Shown: positions 23,803 through 36,460, counted from the first letter of the whole stretch. The stretch: 63,175 bases of DNA, filler included, from Basidiobolus ranarum (GCA_040143965.1; 16 parts of 16 records of this genome joined end to end with filler, not necessarily neighbours in it), one strand, 5' to 3'. Numbers and translations are program-made. Notes: generated from the letters alone by a model not told the origin.

Positions 23803-25438
23803 ATGATTTTACCATCAACAACCGGGCCAGATTTCAATATAATCACTGATATCAATTGACCAACAGGTCAGTCTAACATCAAACTTGATACTAGCTGTAA
23901 GCCTAAGACTATACTGCTAAAGGGGATCAGCTGGAGCCAGAGCTTCCCATCAGACACAATGCACTTACTATTCAACAAGATTCCAATACTACTTACTCAG
24001 CTATATAGTGGAAAATTCAATATGAATGAGCCATTCAAGATAGAATCAAGTTTGAATCAATTTGGAAAATGCTTGAAAATGTCAAGATATCATCAAATTT
24101 TACCAGGCCTCCTATCAATATCCACTCATCTAGGCATATATTCAAATGCAAAGACTAAAAGTATTGGATTTGTATGTATTCAAGTAGAATTTTGAAAAGA
24201 TTTCTGCCTGATAAGTATTAGCAACACTGGGAGTTGTTTGTGGATATTTTTAATATATTCTTATGGCATCAACTCACATTGTCAGATCTCAGGCAGATAG
24301 AGTGATTATGCAAAGATTTTGTAAAACGATATGAAAAACTTTATTACAGATTTATGGAAGAAAGACTGAATTTATGTCAGCATTCAATACATTCCCAGCT
24401 GCATCTTTCACACTGCATAGAGATTGTAGGCCCTTGCTATGTATTCTAGGAGTTCCCAATGGAGTGCACCTGCGGTGAAATGATGCTCCGTGTAAAATTG
24501 TCAGTATTACCATATGCTAATCTGAGTAATAATGTGTCAGCAAAATCAGTGATGGATGTAAAGCAATGGGTTAAAGAGACTCCAGAGTATATTAACCTTC
24601 CAACAAAGGGATCTTTTCAATGTCTTCTTGGGATTTCAGATTGTTCAAGCACAATAATAGCAACAAGACCCAATCCATGGACACGGAGTAAGTGTCTCTA
24701 TAATTTGGACTTTGCTTGTGTAATAATGAGAGAGTATTTCTAGGAAACTGCAAGAAAGACTTCATGGTGAGATAGATGGAGATATGCAGTATTATTGTGT
24801 TAGCCTTGGGGTAATCTATTCAAGCAATGACACATTTACTTGTGGCACAACATTTGTTTACTGCAAGTTGGGGATATTTTGGCTGAATTCTTTATTTGAA
24901 ATTTGCCAAAAGCCACAAGCTTATTCTCATTGTGAATGGTAACAAGAGTCAACTATTTGCCAAGTGTCAGTGCTACTCAAAATTTCGGATGTCAAGCAAT
25001 TTTTTCACCATTAGTTTGCTGCTAAAGCAATTTGATGTTGTTGAGTTTTGTCTGAGCAGTCAAGTATGTGCATATGTAGAGACTGAACACAACAAGATTT
25101 TTGTATTTTTTGATTCTCATTACGGCTGGAATACAAAGCCTAAAATAACTAAATAAAGGCATGCAAATTAGTTTGAATTTCTACAGCAGTAAACTTAGTA
25201 ATTTGCCATTCAGAAATTACATTTTGCAAAAATTGCTGGAAATTAATAATACATGCCAAATATTTGGATCAATATATTAACATGTATGAATACTGTTGTA
25301 ATACCATCAAGAAACCACCTTTACACCATCAAAATCCCAGGCAGGATGCAAACTACCAATATTTTGATGGTTCTCTGATGGTTTTGCAATTGAGGCATGG
25401 ATCCAATCTGGATCAAATTGATTTTACTTTTGTTAGGG
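23803..25438 (+). mobile_element. CACTA-like transposase pseudogene, 3' half through the ..TGTTAGGG terminus
   Basis: FPSDTMHLLFNKI and LHLSHCIEIVGPC..EFPMECTCG motifs; ends at the shared CCC terminus (rc). Confidence 0.8.
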
Positions 25439-26017
25439 AACAATGTATCAGCAAAATCAGTGATGGATGCAATCCAATGGGTTAAGGAGACTCTAGAGTA
25501 TATTAACCTTGCAATAAAGGACTTTTTCAATGTGTTCATGGGTTGTTGCATTGTCTGAGCACAATAACAGCAAGATTGCCCAATATAATGACACAGTGGT
25601 AAAGCACATTGATGTTGCTGAGTTATGTCTGATCAGTCAGGTGTATGCATATTTAGAGACTAAATATAACAAGATTTTTATATTTGTTGATTCTCAGTAT
25701 GGCTGGAATACAAAGCCTAAAATAACTGAATAAAGGTATGCATATTAATTCAAATTCCTACAGTTGTAAGCCCAGTAATTTGCCATTTAGAAATTAAAGT
25801 TTAGCAAAAACTGACAGATATTTAATAATGCATGCCAAATATGAAGATCAATATTTTAAAAAGTATGAATAATGTCAAAATACCATCAAGAAACCATCAT
25901 CACACCATCAAAATCCCTGGCAGAATGCAACCACCAATATTGTGATGGCTCTCTGATGGTTTTGTAATTTAGAAGGGTGGATCCAATCTCGATTAATTGA
26001 TTTTATTTCTGTTAGGG
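25439..26017 (+). mobile_element. Second, internally deleted 3' end of the same CACTA-like family
   Basis: Repeats 24530-24665 and 25020-25438; ends at TGTTAGGG. Confidence 0.8.
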
Positions 26018-27658
26018 TAGTTGATTTCTTCATCTGAGAACTTTCTTGTGTAAAAGGCAACAGGGCGCAATAAGTTTGCTTCACCACACTGTGATAGTAC
26101 TGCTCCTAGAGCCAAGTTGGATGATGGTTTCAAAAATAAATGGCCTGTCTAGCTTGGGGTGTGCCAGGATAAGTGCTGAGATCAAAGCATCCTTTGAAGT
26201 TGCAAATGCTTGTTGGCAAGAGGAGTTCCAGCCAAATGGGAGTTCTTTTGTAGTAAGGTTTGTTAATGAAGCAGATAATTTGGAGTAGTTCTTGACAAAT
26301 GATTGATAAATACTTGGAAATCCAAGGAAAGATTGGATATTGTTCACATTTTTGGGAGTATCACAAGACAAAACAGATTAAACCTTCTTAGGGCCATGGA
26401 GATGCCTGATGGGCCAATGGTATATCCAAGGAATTTAACTTGGGCTTGGTCAAATTCATATTTCTCATGTTTAGCATAGAGACCAGTGGTTGTCAACTTT
26501 TCCAGGACTTGGGAAACATGAACATTATATTCTTTGTGAGAGTTTGAGAAGACCAAGATATTGTCAAAGTAAATTATCACAAACTGGTCAAGATACTCTG
26601 TGAAGATATCACAAAAAGGAACTGGATAAGGACTGGAAACAACAATGAGAGGCTAGAAGGCAGGAGAGCACTTGGATGTAGACCACAAGACAAGACAAGA
26701 CTGGACAGGAAACATACTTAGGCAAGAATCTTGATTGATAACTGGCATTGATCAGACTGAGGTCTGGTCAAGGAATACATGGGGCTTATATAGATTTTGC
26801 ATGGTGAAACACAATATACTAAATAGGGAATATACTGTGGCAAGCTCAAATATTGGGGTGTTGAGGACTACAAAGACCAATACCAAGAGGGATGCTGTAA
26901 GGATCATAAGGTGACATTCAATGGAAGGTCTTTGCCAAAATACACTATGTGTGGGATGACATCATTGGTTAGGTTTCATGGAATGTTCCAAAAAACATGA
27001 CTTCCATATAAGGTAACCTGGATGAACTAACACAAGATTGCCAAGAAGGGAAGGCATAGCAGATATGATATCATAATCTAAAATAGAGGATTTCAAAATA
27101 AACCTTCTTAGGGCCATGGAGATGCCTGATGGGCTGATGGTATATCCAAGGAATTCAACTTGAGCTTGATCAAATTATCATTTCTCAAGATTAGCATAGA
27201 GACTAGAGGTTTTCAGCTTTTCTAGGACTTGGGAACCAAGAATATTATGTTCTTCTTGAGAGCTTGAGAAGACCAAGATATTGTTAAGGTAGATTAACAC
27301 AAATTAGTCAAGATACTCTTCAAAGATATCATTCATTATATGTTGAAAGACTGCAGGGGCATTGGTAAGTCCAAATGGCATGACATTGAACTTGTTCTCT
27401 GTGATAGTGCCAGATTGTGTTGTATATATCATATTGGATAAAGTATTCTAAAATTTATGTGGCACAATTTGCCACTATCCATCACCCTCTGGCATGATCA
27501 ATTTCCATCACATTTACTCTAATATATTGATCCAAGGTCCGATAAATCTTGGCACAATGGAACAAGTCCATTGTATTCAAAGTGTCCGTGGCAAGTTTGA
27601 ACGGCAGTTCTTCATTGGTCTCCTGGTTTGATACTTACAGAATTGTAAGCACCTCCTA
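26018..27658 (-). mobile_element. Ty3/gypsy RT remnants (two partial copies)
   Basis: [66 protein letters not shown]. Confidence 0.85.
27388..27569. mobile_element. ~180-bp MITE of the ISL2/Harbinger-like family inserted in gypsy RT
   Basis: Ends GAACTTGTTC...GAACAAGTCC flanked by duplicated ATT (or CATTG if the ends lie 1 bp further in); removal restores FEYNVMPFG. Confidence 0.8.
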
Positions 27659-28471
27659 NNNNNNNNNNNNNNNNNNNNNNNNNNNNNNNNNNNNNNNNNN
27701 NNTTAATTAATTAANNNNNNNNNNNNNNNNNNNNNNNNNNNNNNNNNNNNNNNNNNNNTATTACTGCCATATCCTTGCTAGCAAAGCATGATGAATGAAA
27801 TCAACTAGATATAACACTTCATAAACCTATGATCATTTGCTGATACTTGACCTTTGCTGATACTTGACCAATTATTGCTAGAAGTATCTTCTACTCTTGT
27901 GATTGGCCATTTCTAGCGATTTTATTGTGAAATCACGCCCACATATCACAGAACTTTCTGGTGTTATAATTTGGCGTATATCTCAACCAACTCCAGGGTA
28001 ACTTGTGCCAATCTTATGAGGTGAGTCAAGGAAGCTGAGGTCACAACTCAGAAGAGTGTTCTTAGAATCAAGATTGACTATAGAACCTTGATTGCGGTGG
28101 AATTAGATAATTTCACTGCCATGGTAGGTAGCAAAACCCATGATGGTACTTGTTGGCTTTATCAATACTGCATTCCATCAACGAGCGACTTCAAGCACAG
28201 TTAGAGCTCTACCATGGAATAGTTTTGATTGGATCTCAACTTGGTACAAGTAAAGTTTGGTCAAAGCAACTGGGATCGAAATCAAACAGCTTTACAACAT
28301 GATGATCTGGTCAACATGATCACATGCATAGTCATCAATTCGAAGGAAGGCCATGCTGGTTGATAAACAAAATCGCCTCCTTATTTCAGAGTGCACAGTG
28401 TCATGCATGCTGATGTCATTTATGAAGATCCATTATAAAACTGATGGAAACACGAGGGAAAACGAGATAGA

Positions 28472-29305
28472 ATGGAATATCAACGCTTAACACCATATGA
28501 AAGATTCTTGGGTAGGCCACGCCATCCAACGGTCAAACCTTTTCATCAAGCATGGAGGATAGCATTAGCTGAATTCGCTGCCACTTTAATCTTTGTATTT
28601 CTAGTATCCGCCTCTGTGAGCTCCCCCACTGCTGCATCTCCAAATACCGACCTGGCATCACAACAATTAATAACTGCTATGATTCAAGGCTTCGGTATTG
28701 CAGCCGCTATTTATTTTGTAGCAAGCATCTCTGGTGGGCAAATTAACCCAGCTGTGACCCTATCACTTTGGCTATTGGGACGCCTGGGATTTGTACAGTT
28801 CCTCGTGAATGTAATTGCACAGATGTTGGGAGCTATCTGTGGTGCTGCTTTGTTTCTGGCATGTGTTGGTCGTGGACTGGCAGGCACCCTCGGGGCGACT
28901 ATGCTCTCACCGCAGATGTCAATCGGCGGAGGATTTTTACTGGAATTCCTCATGACCTTTTTTCTCATCCTTGTCGTTCTCGGTACAGTGGTTGATGGTG
29001 ACGATACCTCCTCACAGCTTGCACCACTTCCCATTGGGTTTATTGTTCTCGCCTGTGTAATGCTTGCTAAGCCATATACTGGAGGTTCACTGAATCCTGC
29101 TCGATCATTTGGACCAGCCGTGGCGGCCTCTGGAATTACCCACGATGTGTGGACTCATCATTGGATATATTGGGTAGCCCCTCTCTTGGGAAGTGCTGTA
29201 GCAACATTCTTGTACAGAGTTTTGTTTTTATCTGATCCAGGAAAACGAAGCTTTTCCAATTCTTCGGATTCCAATGCTAATGAAATAATGACAATAAGTG
29301 TGTAA
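28472..29305 (+). CDS. Aquaporin (MIP family), 277 aa, intronless
   Basis: AEF motif, SGGQINPAVT, GGSLNPARSFGPA, HWIYWVAP, six hydrophobic helices. Confidence 0.95.
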   Translation: MEYQRLTPYERFLGRPRHPTVKPFHQAWRIALAEFAATLIFVFLVSASVSSPTAASPNTDLASQQLITAMIQGFGIAAAIYFVASISGGQINPAVTLSLWLLGRLGFVQFLVNVIAQMLGAICGAALFLACVGRGLAGTLGATMLSPQMSIGGGFLLEFLMTFFLILVVLGTVVDGDDTSSQLAPLPIGFIVLACVMLAKPYTGGSLNPARSFGPAVAASGITHDVWTHHWIYWVAPLLGSAVATFLYRVLFLSDPGKRSFSNSSDSNANEIMTISV

Positions 29306-30436
29306 ATAAATTAAATTCAAAGCTGAAGTATTCCATGACTCAACAAAGTTGTCATGTCGTGATTATGAATATTGCGGACAGTAAAAGAAGGTATACGCAT
29401 TCCCATGGTAGCTACTGTATCTCGCCAATAGACCAATACCAGTTACGCTCAAAGTTTCCCCCAACAAAACGGAGCAAGCGATACAGAATACTGAAACAAT
29501 GGATGCTCTCCAACAAACATAGTAACATACTGTTTCAAGCAACCAATCCAATCATGAAACTATCAGACTGAATTATGATTTAGAGACCAATTTATAGATT
29601 GAAATGTCGGAAATTTATTACTAGTGTAGTGTCCGACTAACAGCTAATCATCTACAACGAGTAGAATTAAATATATTGTTTGTCAGATGCATATTTAGCC
29701 GAAAAAACACCAATGTGTTGACAGCATATGTAGTAATTAGAAACCAGTTAGAGTGGATTTTATTAAACGTTCTTAATCCATTGGAAACGGATGACATCAA
29801 GTTGAAAATACTTGATATTGTTGGATGAAGCGAGATCACTAATAAGTATCCTACAATCTAATTGAACGCTATATATAAGATTGTAATTTGTTGATTGCCG
29901 AAATTGTTAATAATATGACCATAATTTCTCAAGTAAACAATACTGGAATGAATGAGTATATTTTATTGTGATCTAAAACTTAGAAATCACAAATGAAGGA
30001 TTGTCGAAATCTAAGAGTATTCTCAAGTTTCTAGCAAGTAGACAGTTGTACAAAAATAAGTACATCTTTCATGCAGTATCAATACTCAAAACTATCCTTC
30101 ATCCATACATACTATTCTTTATCGAATTTAAGATAGCAGCCTAATTCAGTAATAATGAGGTTCAGTACTAAGTTTACCACTACAACAATTGGTGTTCTGA
30201 AGATACCCACCGTAAAGAAAGCTGAAGAATATTTGAATACATATTTGCTCCTCTTGGAAACTCGATGAAAATGTTTATAAATGGCACTATCAACTTTTGA
30301 TGCTTGGCAGTTGACTCCTCGTTACAAGTATGCAAATCTCCATACGCTTCTGTGATAAAAAAAACACCATAAATTTTGCAATCAACCAAACGTTTTTCAA
30401 AAATCATAAACAAACAATGCAGTCAAAACAATAACT

Positions 30437-30509
30437 CGACCCAGGTGGGGGTCGAACCCACGACTTTCTCCTCCGGAGGGAGACACTCTTTCCACTGAGC
30501 TACAGGGCC
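30437..30509 (-). tRNA. tRNA-Arg(CCG)
   Basis: 73-nt cloverleaf; anticodon arm TCTCC-CTCCGGA-GGAGA; T arm GTGGG-TTCGACC-CCCAC; one T-T mismatch in the acceptor stem. Confidence 0.9.
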
Positions 30510-31532
30510 ATTGGTTGTGTCATTAAGTAAACGGAAAGCAGGACTAAAGCATGATCTTCGCATATAACCAAGGCTCAATCGCTGTCCACTAAGATAATTA
30601 GGAAATTAGTAATTAGTAACAAGTCAGAATGCATATATGCACAATCGCATATAAATATCTGTCATTGCAATACAATAAGAAAATAATCACGAAAAGGAAG
30701 GAAAGCTACAGGAAGAATATTCTTATACTACTACCTCGAATCTGCAAGATAACTATCGAAGTTATCTATCCGTATACACTTTAAGGATAATACTCTTTAA
30801 CCATGTAACAGTTGAGTATGTGTTGCAAAATGTTGTTCACCGATAAGACAGCGATTGATATTGAAAATAAGAATTTGGGAAGCGTAAGATGTTATGTAAA
30901 CAATAGCTTAAAAACTTCAATTTATCCATATGTAAACTTGTGTTCTCATTCTTTTTTGTGCGCCACTTTGTATTTTCATTGTTAATCCATTTTTGGAGAC
31001 AATATAATGCTCCAATCAACCCATACATCGCTTATGACCAAATTTCGACTCTAACGGTTTCTAACTTTTAGGGAGACAATTCCCAACTATCATTCTATCC
31101 TAGGTATTAATTTCGAAAGGAACCGATATCGGAAATGGGTCCTCACTCTTATACCCAGGTTCCGAATTTGTAACACTCCTAAATCAGGCAGGAATGCCAC
31201 ACTGCAATAAAAATAGCACAATCGAAATAAAGTTAATTTATCAGCGAATCTAGTTCCGATTCACTTCTGGAACACAGCTCAATAAATGTAACTTCGCAAT
31301 CATCCTCGTATTATTTGTTGTTTAAATACTTGGATAGACTGGTGACTTTTTTGAATGTTCAAGCAATTCGTGTCAGTATTAATAAAGCAAAATGGGTATA
31401 GAAGTCTAACTAAGAAGCCACATACCCAGGTATGTCTGGTGGCAAAATTAAACTTGAAGCCTCAAAAATAGGTACTTGTTAAAGTTACCTACCAACCCAA
31501 AATGTATGTTATTGTTCGAGAAAAAGTTCAAA

Positions 31533-31613
31533 TGATGCGAGGGGGGTTCGAACCCACGCCTCCGAAGAGACTGCGACCTGAACGCAGCGCCTTAGACCAC
31601 TCGGCCATCTCAC
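31533..31613 (-). tRNA. tRNA-Leu(CAG), first base cut off by the contig end
   Basis: Anticodon arm CTGCG-TTCAGGT-CGCAG; long variable arm; A73; T5 terminator 7 nt downstream. Confidence 0.85.
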
Positions 31614-31874
31614 NNNNNNNNNNNNNNNNNNNNNNNNNNNNNNNNNNNNNNNNNNNNTTAATTAATTAANNNNNNNNNNNNNNNNNNNNNNNNNNNNNNN
31701 NNNNNNNNNNNNNAATGGGGGTAATAAGACATACTTGTTATATAAATATAGAGATATTCCTATTTAGAATATAGGGGCTATAGATACGTTGCTTTCTGTT
31801 TCTGATATATGTATCATAACTAAAGTTAACTATGATGTGAATAAAGATTAATTATCCAACAATATTAAAGATGG

Positions 31875-32900
31875 GAGCTCTACAGCAGGATGCTTATTTC
31901 TTTGCTGTAATGGAGCTATTGCTTGGAATTCAAAGAAACATCCTATCATAGCAATTTTAACAACAGAAGCAGAATACAATGCTGCCTGTAAATCAACAAA
32001 AAAGCAATATGGTTAAGAAAAGTTTTAACAAATTTACATTATTCTCATAATTCACCAACTAAAATATTTCAAGATTATCAAAGTCATATCAAATTAGCCA
32101 AGAATCTCACATTTCATAATAGAAGCAAACATATAGATATTAGATATCACTTCAGTAGAGAGACTATAGAGAATAGGTTTATAGACTTAACTTATTATTC
32201 TGCAGAAGATATAATTCCAGATATATTAACTAAACCAATAGCTAGGCAAAAATTTAGACCTTCCTTAGGATTAGTTTACATGACTATTTAGTTGAGGGAG
32301 AGTGTTGAAATCAGCATTGCCTAGACACCTATATAGTCATGTATAGCTTAGTGCTTAGTTATCTTATATTTCACTAAGATATTACACATTATTCTCAATT
32401 GGAATTTACTTTGAATAGCTTTACCAACTTAGAAGTTCTGAGATAAATGGATTTTTCAAACTTATGCTAGAAGCCCCAAACTTTGCACATATGTTCCTGG
32501 GACCTCTCTCAACACATTCTGCTTGTTAGTTTGTTTATATTTTGACAAAACTACAAATGGCAACTTTCAACTCAATAAATTAACAAGTGAAAACCACCAA
32601 TTTCCCTGATTCTCCAAACCACTTCCAATAGGCGCCCAAATACTTTAACAAATAGGAGATAACCACCAATTCTTTGAGTTATCCAAACCACTTCAAACAA
32701 ACTACCAGAATACTTTGAAATTATTGATTCTATATCTTTTCCTGGCTTCATTTGCATCTTCAGGAATTGTTGCCTTAAATACTTCTGATTGGCAACAGAA
32801 TATTCTTGGTTGGTAAACAATGCATGCATAAGCCCCTATCAGCTTTGCAATATTTCACTCCATTACTATATATGTTAGAACAGACTTTTTGAGGGGAGAA
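31875..32900 (+). mobile_element. Ty1/copia RNase H remnant, PPT and 3' LTR family A (32303-~32650), followed by a gag remnant on the - strand
   Basis: WNSKKHP, RSKHIDIRYHF, DILTKPI; PPT AGTTGAGGGAGAG then TGTTGAAATC; ANQKYLRQQFLKMQMKPG on - (32720-32830). Confidence 0.85.
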
Positions 32901-33095
32901 ATCAATTAAAAAATACTGCGGGGTTAAAGTGAAAGAAGTATCTGCGGTGGAATTCCTTGACCTGTTCTCAAAATTATACCCTTTCGGAAAATAAATGTGA
33001 ATTTGTGACGACGTCATTTACCGAGTACTGGATATACTTTTATTATTATTCAATTTAGAAAACAACATGCTGAACAACTTGGAGTTCTCAATAAT

Positions 33096-33755
33096 TCAAT
33101 CGTATTGATGACCAGAACGAGAACGAGAATGGCTCTGTTGATCATTTCTGCGTGAAATACCACGCTCGTATTCGTTATCATACTCATCTTGCTCATATTG
33201 ACGACCATAGCGAGAGCGAGGATAACTCTGCTGACCATTTCTGCGAGATACACCACGTTTGTACTCGTTATCATACTCATCTTGCTCGTATTGACGGCCA
33301 TAACGAGAGCGAGGATAGTTCTGTTGACCATTTCTGCCAGAGATACCACGTTGGTATTCATTATCGTACTCGTCTTGTTCATATTGACGACCATAGCGAG
33401 AGCGAGGATAGTTTTGCTGACCATTTCTGCCAGAGACGCCACGTTCGTATTCTTCATCATACTCGTCCTGTTCATATTGACGACCATAGCGAGAGCGAGG
33501 ATAATTCAGTTGACCATTTCTGCGTGAAATTCCACGCTCATATTCGTTATCATACTCATCTTGCTCGTATTGACGGCCATAGCGAGAGCGAGGATAGTTC
33601 TGTTGACCATTGCTGCGTGAAACTCTACGCTCGTATTCGTTATCATACTCATCTTGCTCGTATTGACGACCATAGGGAGAGTTGTTTTGCTGATCACTTC
33701 TGCGAGTCAAGCCTCTTTCGAAGCGGCTTTGTGATTCATGTTGGTTAGAAGGCAT
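33096..33755 (-). CDS. Tandem-repeat low-complexity protein (219 aa; six 31-aa Y/R/G/Q/E/N-rich repeats)
   Basis: ATG-initiated ORF; TATA-like TTATAAAA ~80 bp upstream and AATAAA downstream; repeat YGRQYEQDEYDNEYERGISRRNGQQNYPRSR; no frameshift; normal CpG content. Confidence 0.7.
   Translation of the reverse strand: MPSNQHESQSRFERGLTRRSDQQNNSPYGRQYEQDEYDNEYERRVSRSNGQQNYPRSRYGRQYEQDEYDNEYERGISRRNGQLNYPRSRYGRQYEQDEYDEEYERGVSGRNGQQNYPRSRYGRQYEQDEYDNEYQRGISGRNGQQNYPRSRYGRQYEQDEYDNEYKRGVSRRNGQQSYPRSRYGRQYEQDEYDNEYERGISRRNDQQSHSRSRSGHQYD
33117..33674. repeat. Tandem repeat, 93-bp unit x6
   Basis: Six consecutive near-identical 93-bp units. Confidence 0.95.
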
Positions 33756-35238
33756 GTTAGAGAATATTGGTTTTACTGGTTATCAAATGAATTGGTATTC
33801 AAGTGTAGTGATATGTTTACTCGCTGTTCCGTTTTATAACAAGAAGTGGCTTAGAAGGCAGACATGTGAAGGCTAAGCCACCACCTAGAAGGATTACTCC
33901 TAAGGCAATACGCAATAATTTCTAAAAATCGCTCACATACTCTGGCATGGATGATCTTATTCCTAATCTCTTCTCATGACTCTATGGCCATATTGGCGGT
34001 ATCGCATAATATCATATGAAGGATTCGTGGTAGCCGATTTCCTGTCAGTGATTAATGACTTTTGCGGTCATATTTTATTGAAAACTGAATACGAATGATG
34101 GAATTACGGCATATGTATCAAGAGGTCTCTTGCGGTGTATTTCCGTTAACTGATAGATATTTGACTCAGCATATAGATTCAGGTGATGTTTGAGCTCCAG
34201 AGAATCAATTGCAATTTAGCCTATAGAACTCTTTATTTTTAAACAAGAAAAACATCTCAAGTCTGCATTGGAAGGTTTTATATTTTATTCTAGGTTAGCT
34301 TCTTGTAATGCATCACCAACATTTATTTATTGAATGTGTATTTGACCATTCATCTTCAGGCAAGCTTTGAATTCGTACGAAGTTGTTCACCAGGAATTAT
34401 TTGTCGAAGCAAAGTTAAGGAAATATCCTTTGGAAAACTTCTCGACAATATTAATTCGGTTTAACTGATCAAGAATAGGAATATATTGCGAATTGCCAAG
34501 CCTTATGGTTCTTTGATTGCAGTGATTATGTGAAAGTTCACATTGTTGTTGCATATTATAAAGTTGCGCAGGCAAAATTATGATTTTCATTTCTCTAAAC
34601 AGCAGAATTCTCTTTCCCATCATAAAGAAGGGCTACAGCTAGAAATAGCAGCATTCAGAAACAGAGTAGTGACCTAAATTGTGAAGATCAAGAAGCATAC
34701 TGGTAATCATATGACTGTTAAAAGTAATTATGAAGAAAGATTGAATGGGCCAAAAAATGAATCTGAGGCCCTCTAAACTCTAACAAAGGTGGGCTAACTA
34801 CCAATTTACCAGTTTGAGAAATAAATTACTTGATTATGAATAAAAAGCATAAACCTTTGAAAGACAATTCTGAGAGCAAGTAATATGGTGGCAGGAGCTA
34901 CTGTTCTTTCAAATGCTATTGAAGTATCTATCAATTCTATAGAGTATTTGGAGTTAAAGAAAAATTGGATTTCCTACTAGCAGCCAAAACCATTTCTAGA
35001 GTAGGAAGAGAGAATTTAGATCACAACTATGCAGTGATCTATAGAGATATTGGGTTCAGTTCGCATTACAAATGTATATGTATTCGACCGTTAGAGAAGA
35101 CTTCACAATAATTTAATTCCATATATTATAACAAAATATGCTTTCAAATTGAGAAGTTTATTTCAGGAAAAAAGGTGGTGACAAGGAACGAAATGAGGTG
35201 AGGTAGCGTAGTTATAGCATAAAGGGAGCTTAGTGTAT

Positions 35239-35564
35239 TTAACTTTCATCCCAATCATCGTCATCTTCTTCCTCAGAATCTATATTCAAAAAGTTAATAC
35301 ATATTATTCAATCTATATACAACATGTTGATATAGATTACTAACCTGAATTCGCTAGTACTTTATTTCTAGCGCTTAGAGCACTGGCTAAAGCTGTGGCT
35401 AGATCGCCACCGCCGCCAGCAGAAGTATCCTCCACGGGACTAGTAAGACTGGGTGATGTAACCTCTGGTTGCTTAACATGCTTTAGGGCACCAACTCCTC
35501 CAGCGCCCCGAATACTAGCTAAAAGCTGATTACGCTCAGTAGGGGCAGAGGAGTTTGGAACAAC
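35239..35564 (-). CDS. LAS17: 3' end of a WASP/Las17-type Arp2/3 activator (WH2-central-acidic), intron 35280-35344
   Basis: RNQLLASIRGAGGVGALKHV (WH2), LATALASALSARNK (central), DSEEEDDDDWDES* (acidic, Trp). Confidence 0.85.
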
Positions 35565-36460
35565 NNNNNNNNNNNNNNNNNNNNNNNNNNNNNNNNNNNN
35601 NNNNNNNNTTAATTAATTAANNNNNNNNNNNNNNNNNNNNNNNNNNNNNNNNNNNNNNNNNNNNTTTTACTTTCAATTTGGCTTCTTTGTTTATTTGTGT
35701 TGTATGACTTGAGATAAATAAAGATTACACCCTGTGGTGCTTTTCATCCCCCTAACCCTAACCCATACCAAAGTGCATTATCACTAATTTGGTCAGAAAA
35801 GGCACAGTCTTCGGTTACAACAGAGGCATCTGTGCGAAGCAAGTTGGCAACAACTGCGAGCAGTGGCAAGAGGGACCTGTAGGATAGACTCACCATGTTT
35901 GTATACCAGAAAATACACTTACGTTGATATCTTGTCAGCTCTTTTATAAGGTAACAATTACAGTAGACCGAGATATTCATCTGTGGCTTATTTTCTACAA
36001 AAGGTTTATTGAACTGGTTGCGGTAGATTATATGGGCGAGGTTGGTCTAGTCTTCTAGTAGTTGAAGCATGTGACGATAGTGGATGAAGTACTATTTGCG
36101 TAGTGTGCACATTTTATGGAAACAAGATATCAGCTTAAATGTATAATTCAAAAGGTAGAATTGACTTGTGGGGTATTGTTTACACGTTATTGCTTACACG
36201 TTTTTACATCAGATAATTGAGCATAAAATGTAACATGATGGCGCCGCAAATCGACGGCTATCTATTGTCCCGAGTATTTATTAATATTATTAAAGTCATC
36301 AGTTCTGAACCATTTCTCCTAATACACTTGACCACTTCCAAATAATTCCCCGCGGATTTCTGAATGAAATTTTTGCTTCATGCCAAAATATAATGCACAG
36401 CCGTGATATATCAGCTAGGTTATAGCACATCTAAAACCGATATTGGTAAAATTAAACAGG

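Noticed and set aside
27836-27869. 17-bp tandem duplication TTTGCTGATACTTGACC x2 upstream of the aquaporin
   Set aside because: Simple slippage duplication with no evidence of function
33117-33674. Possible CRISPR array
   Set aside because: Units are contiguous 93-bp repeats with no unique spacers, there are no cas genes, and the context is eukaryotic
33050-33748. Alternative-frame ORFs over the 93-bp repeat (His-rich 198 aa on +; Met/Val-rich on -)
   Set aside because: Open frames are expected in a 3n repeat; the 33096-33755 frame has the ATG, TATA-like and poly(A) context, though the + frame is not formally excluded
35665-35896. Possible first exon of a secreted protein (MVSLSYRSLLPLLAVVANLL..) on the - strand
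   Set aside because: Plausible signal peptide and GTATGG donor, but truncated by the contig edge and unidentifiable
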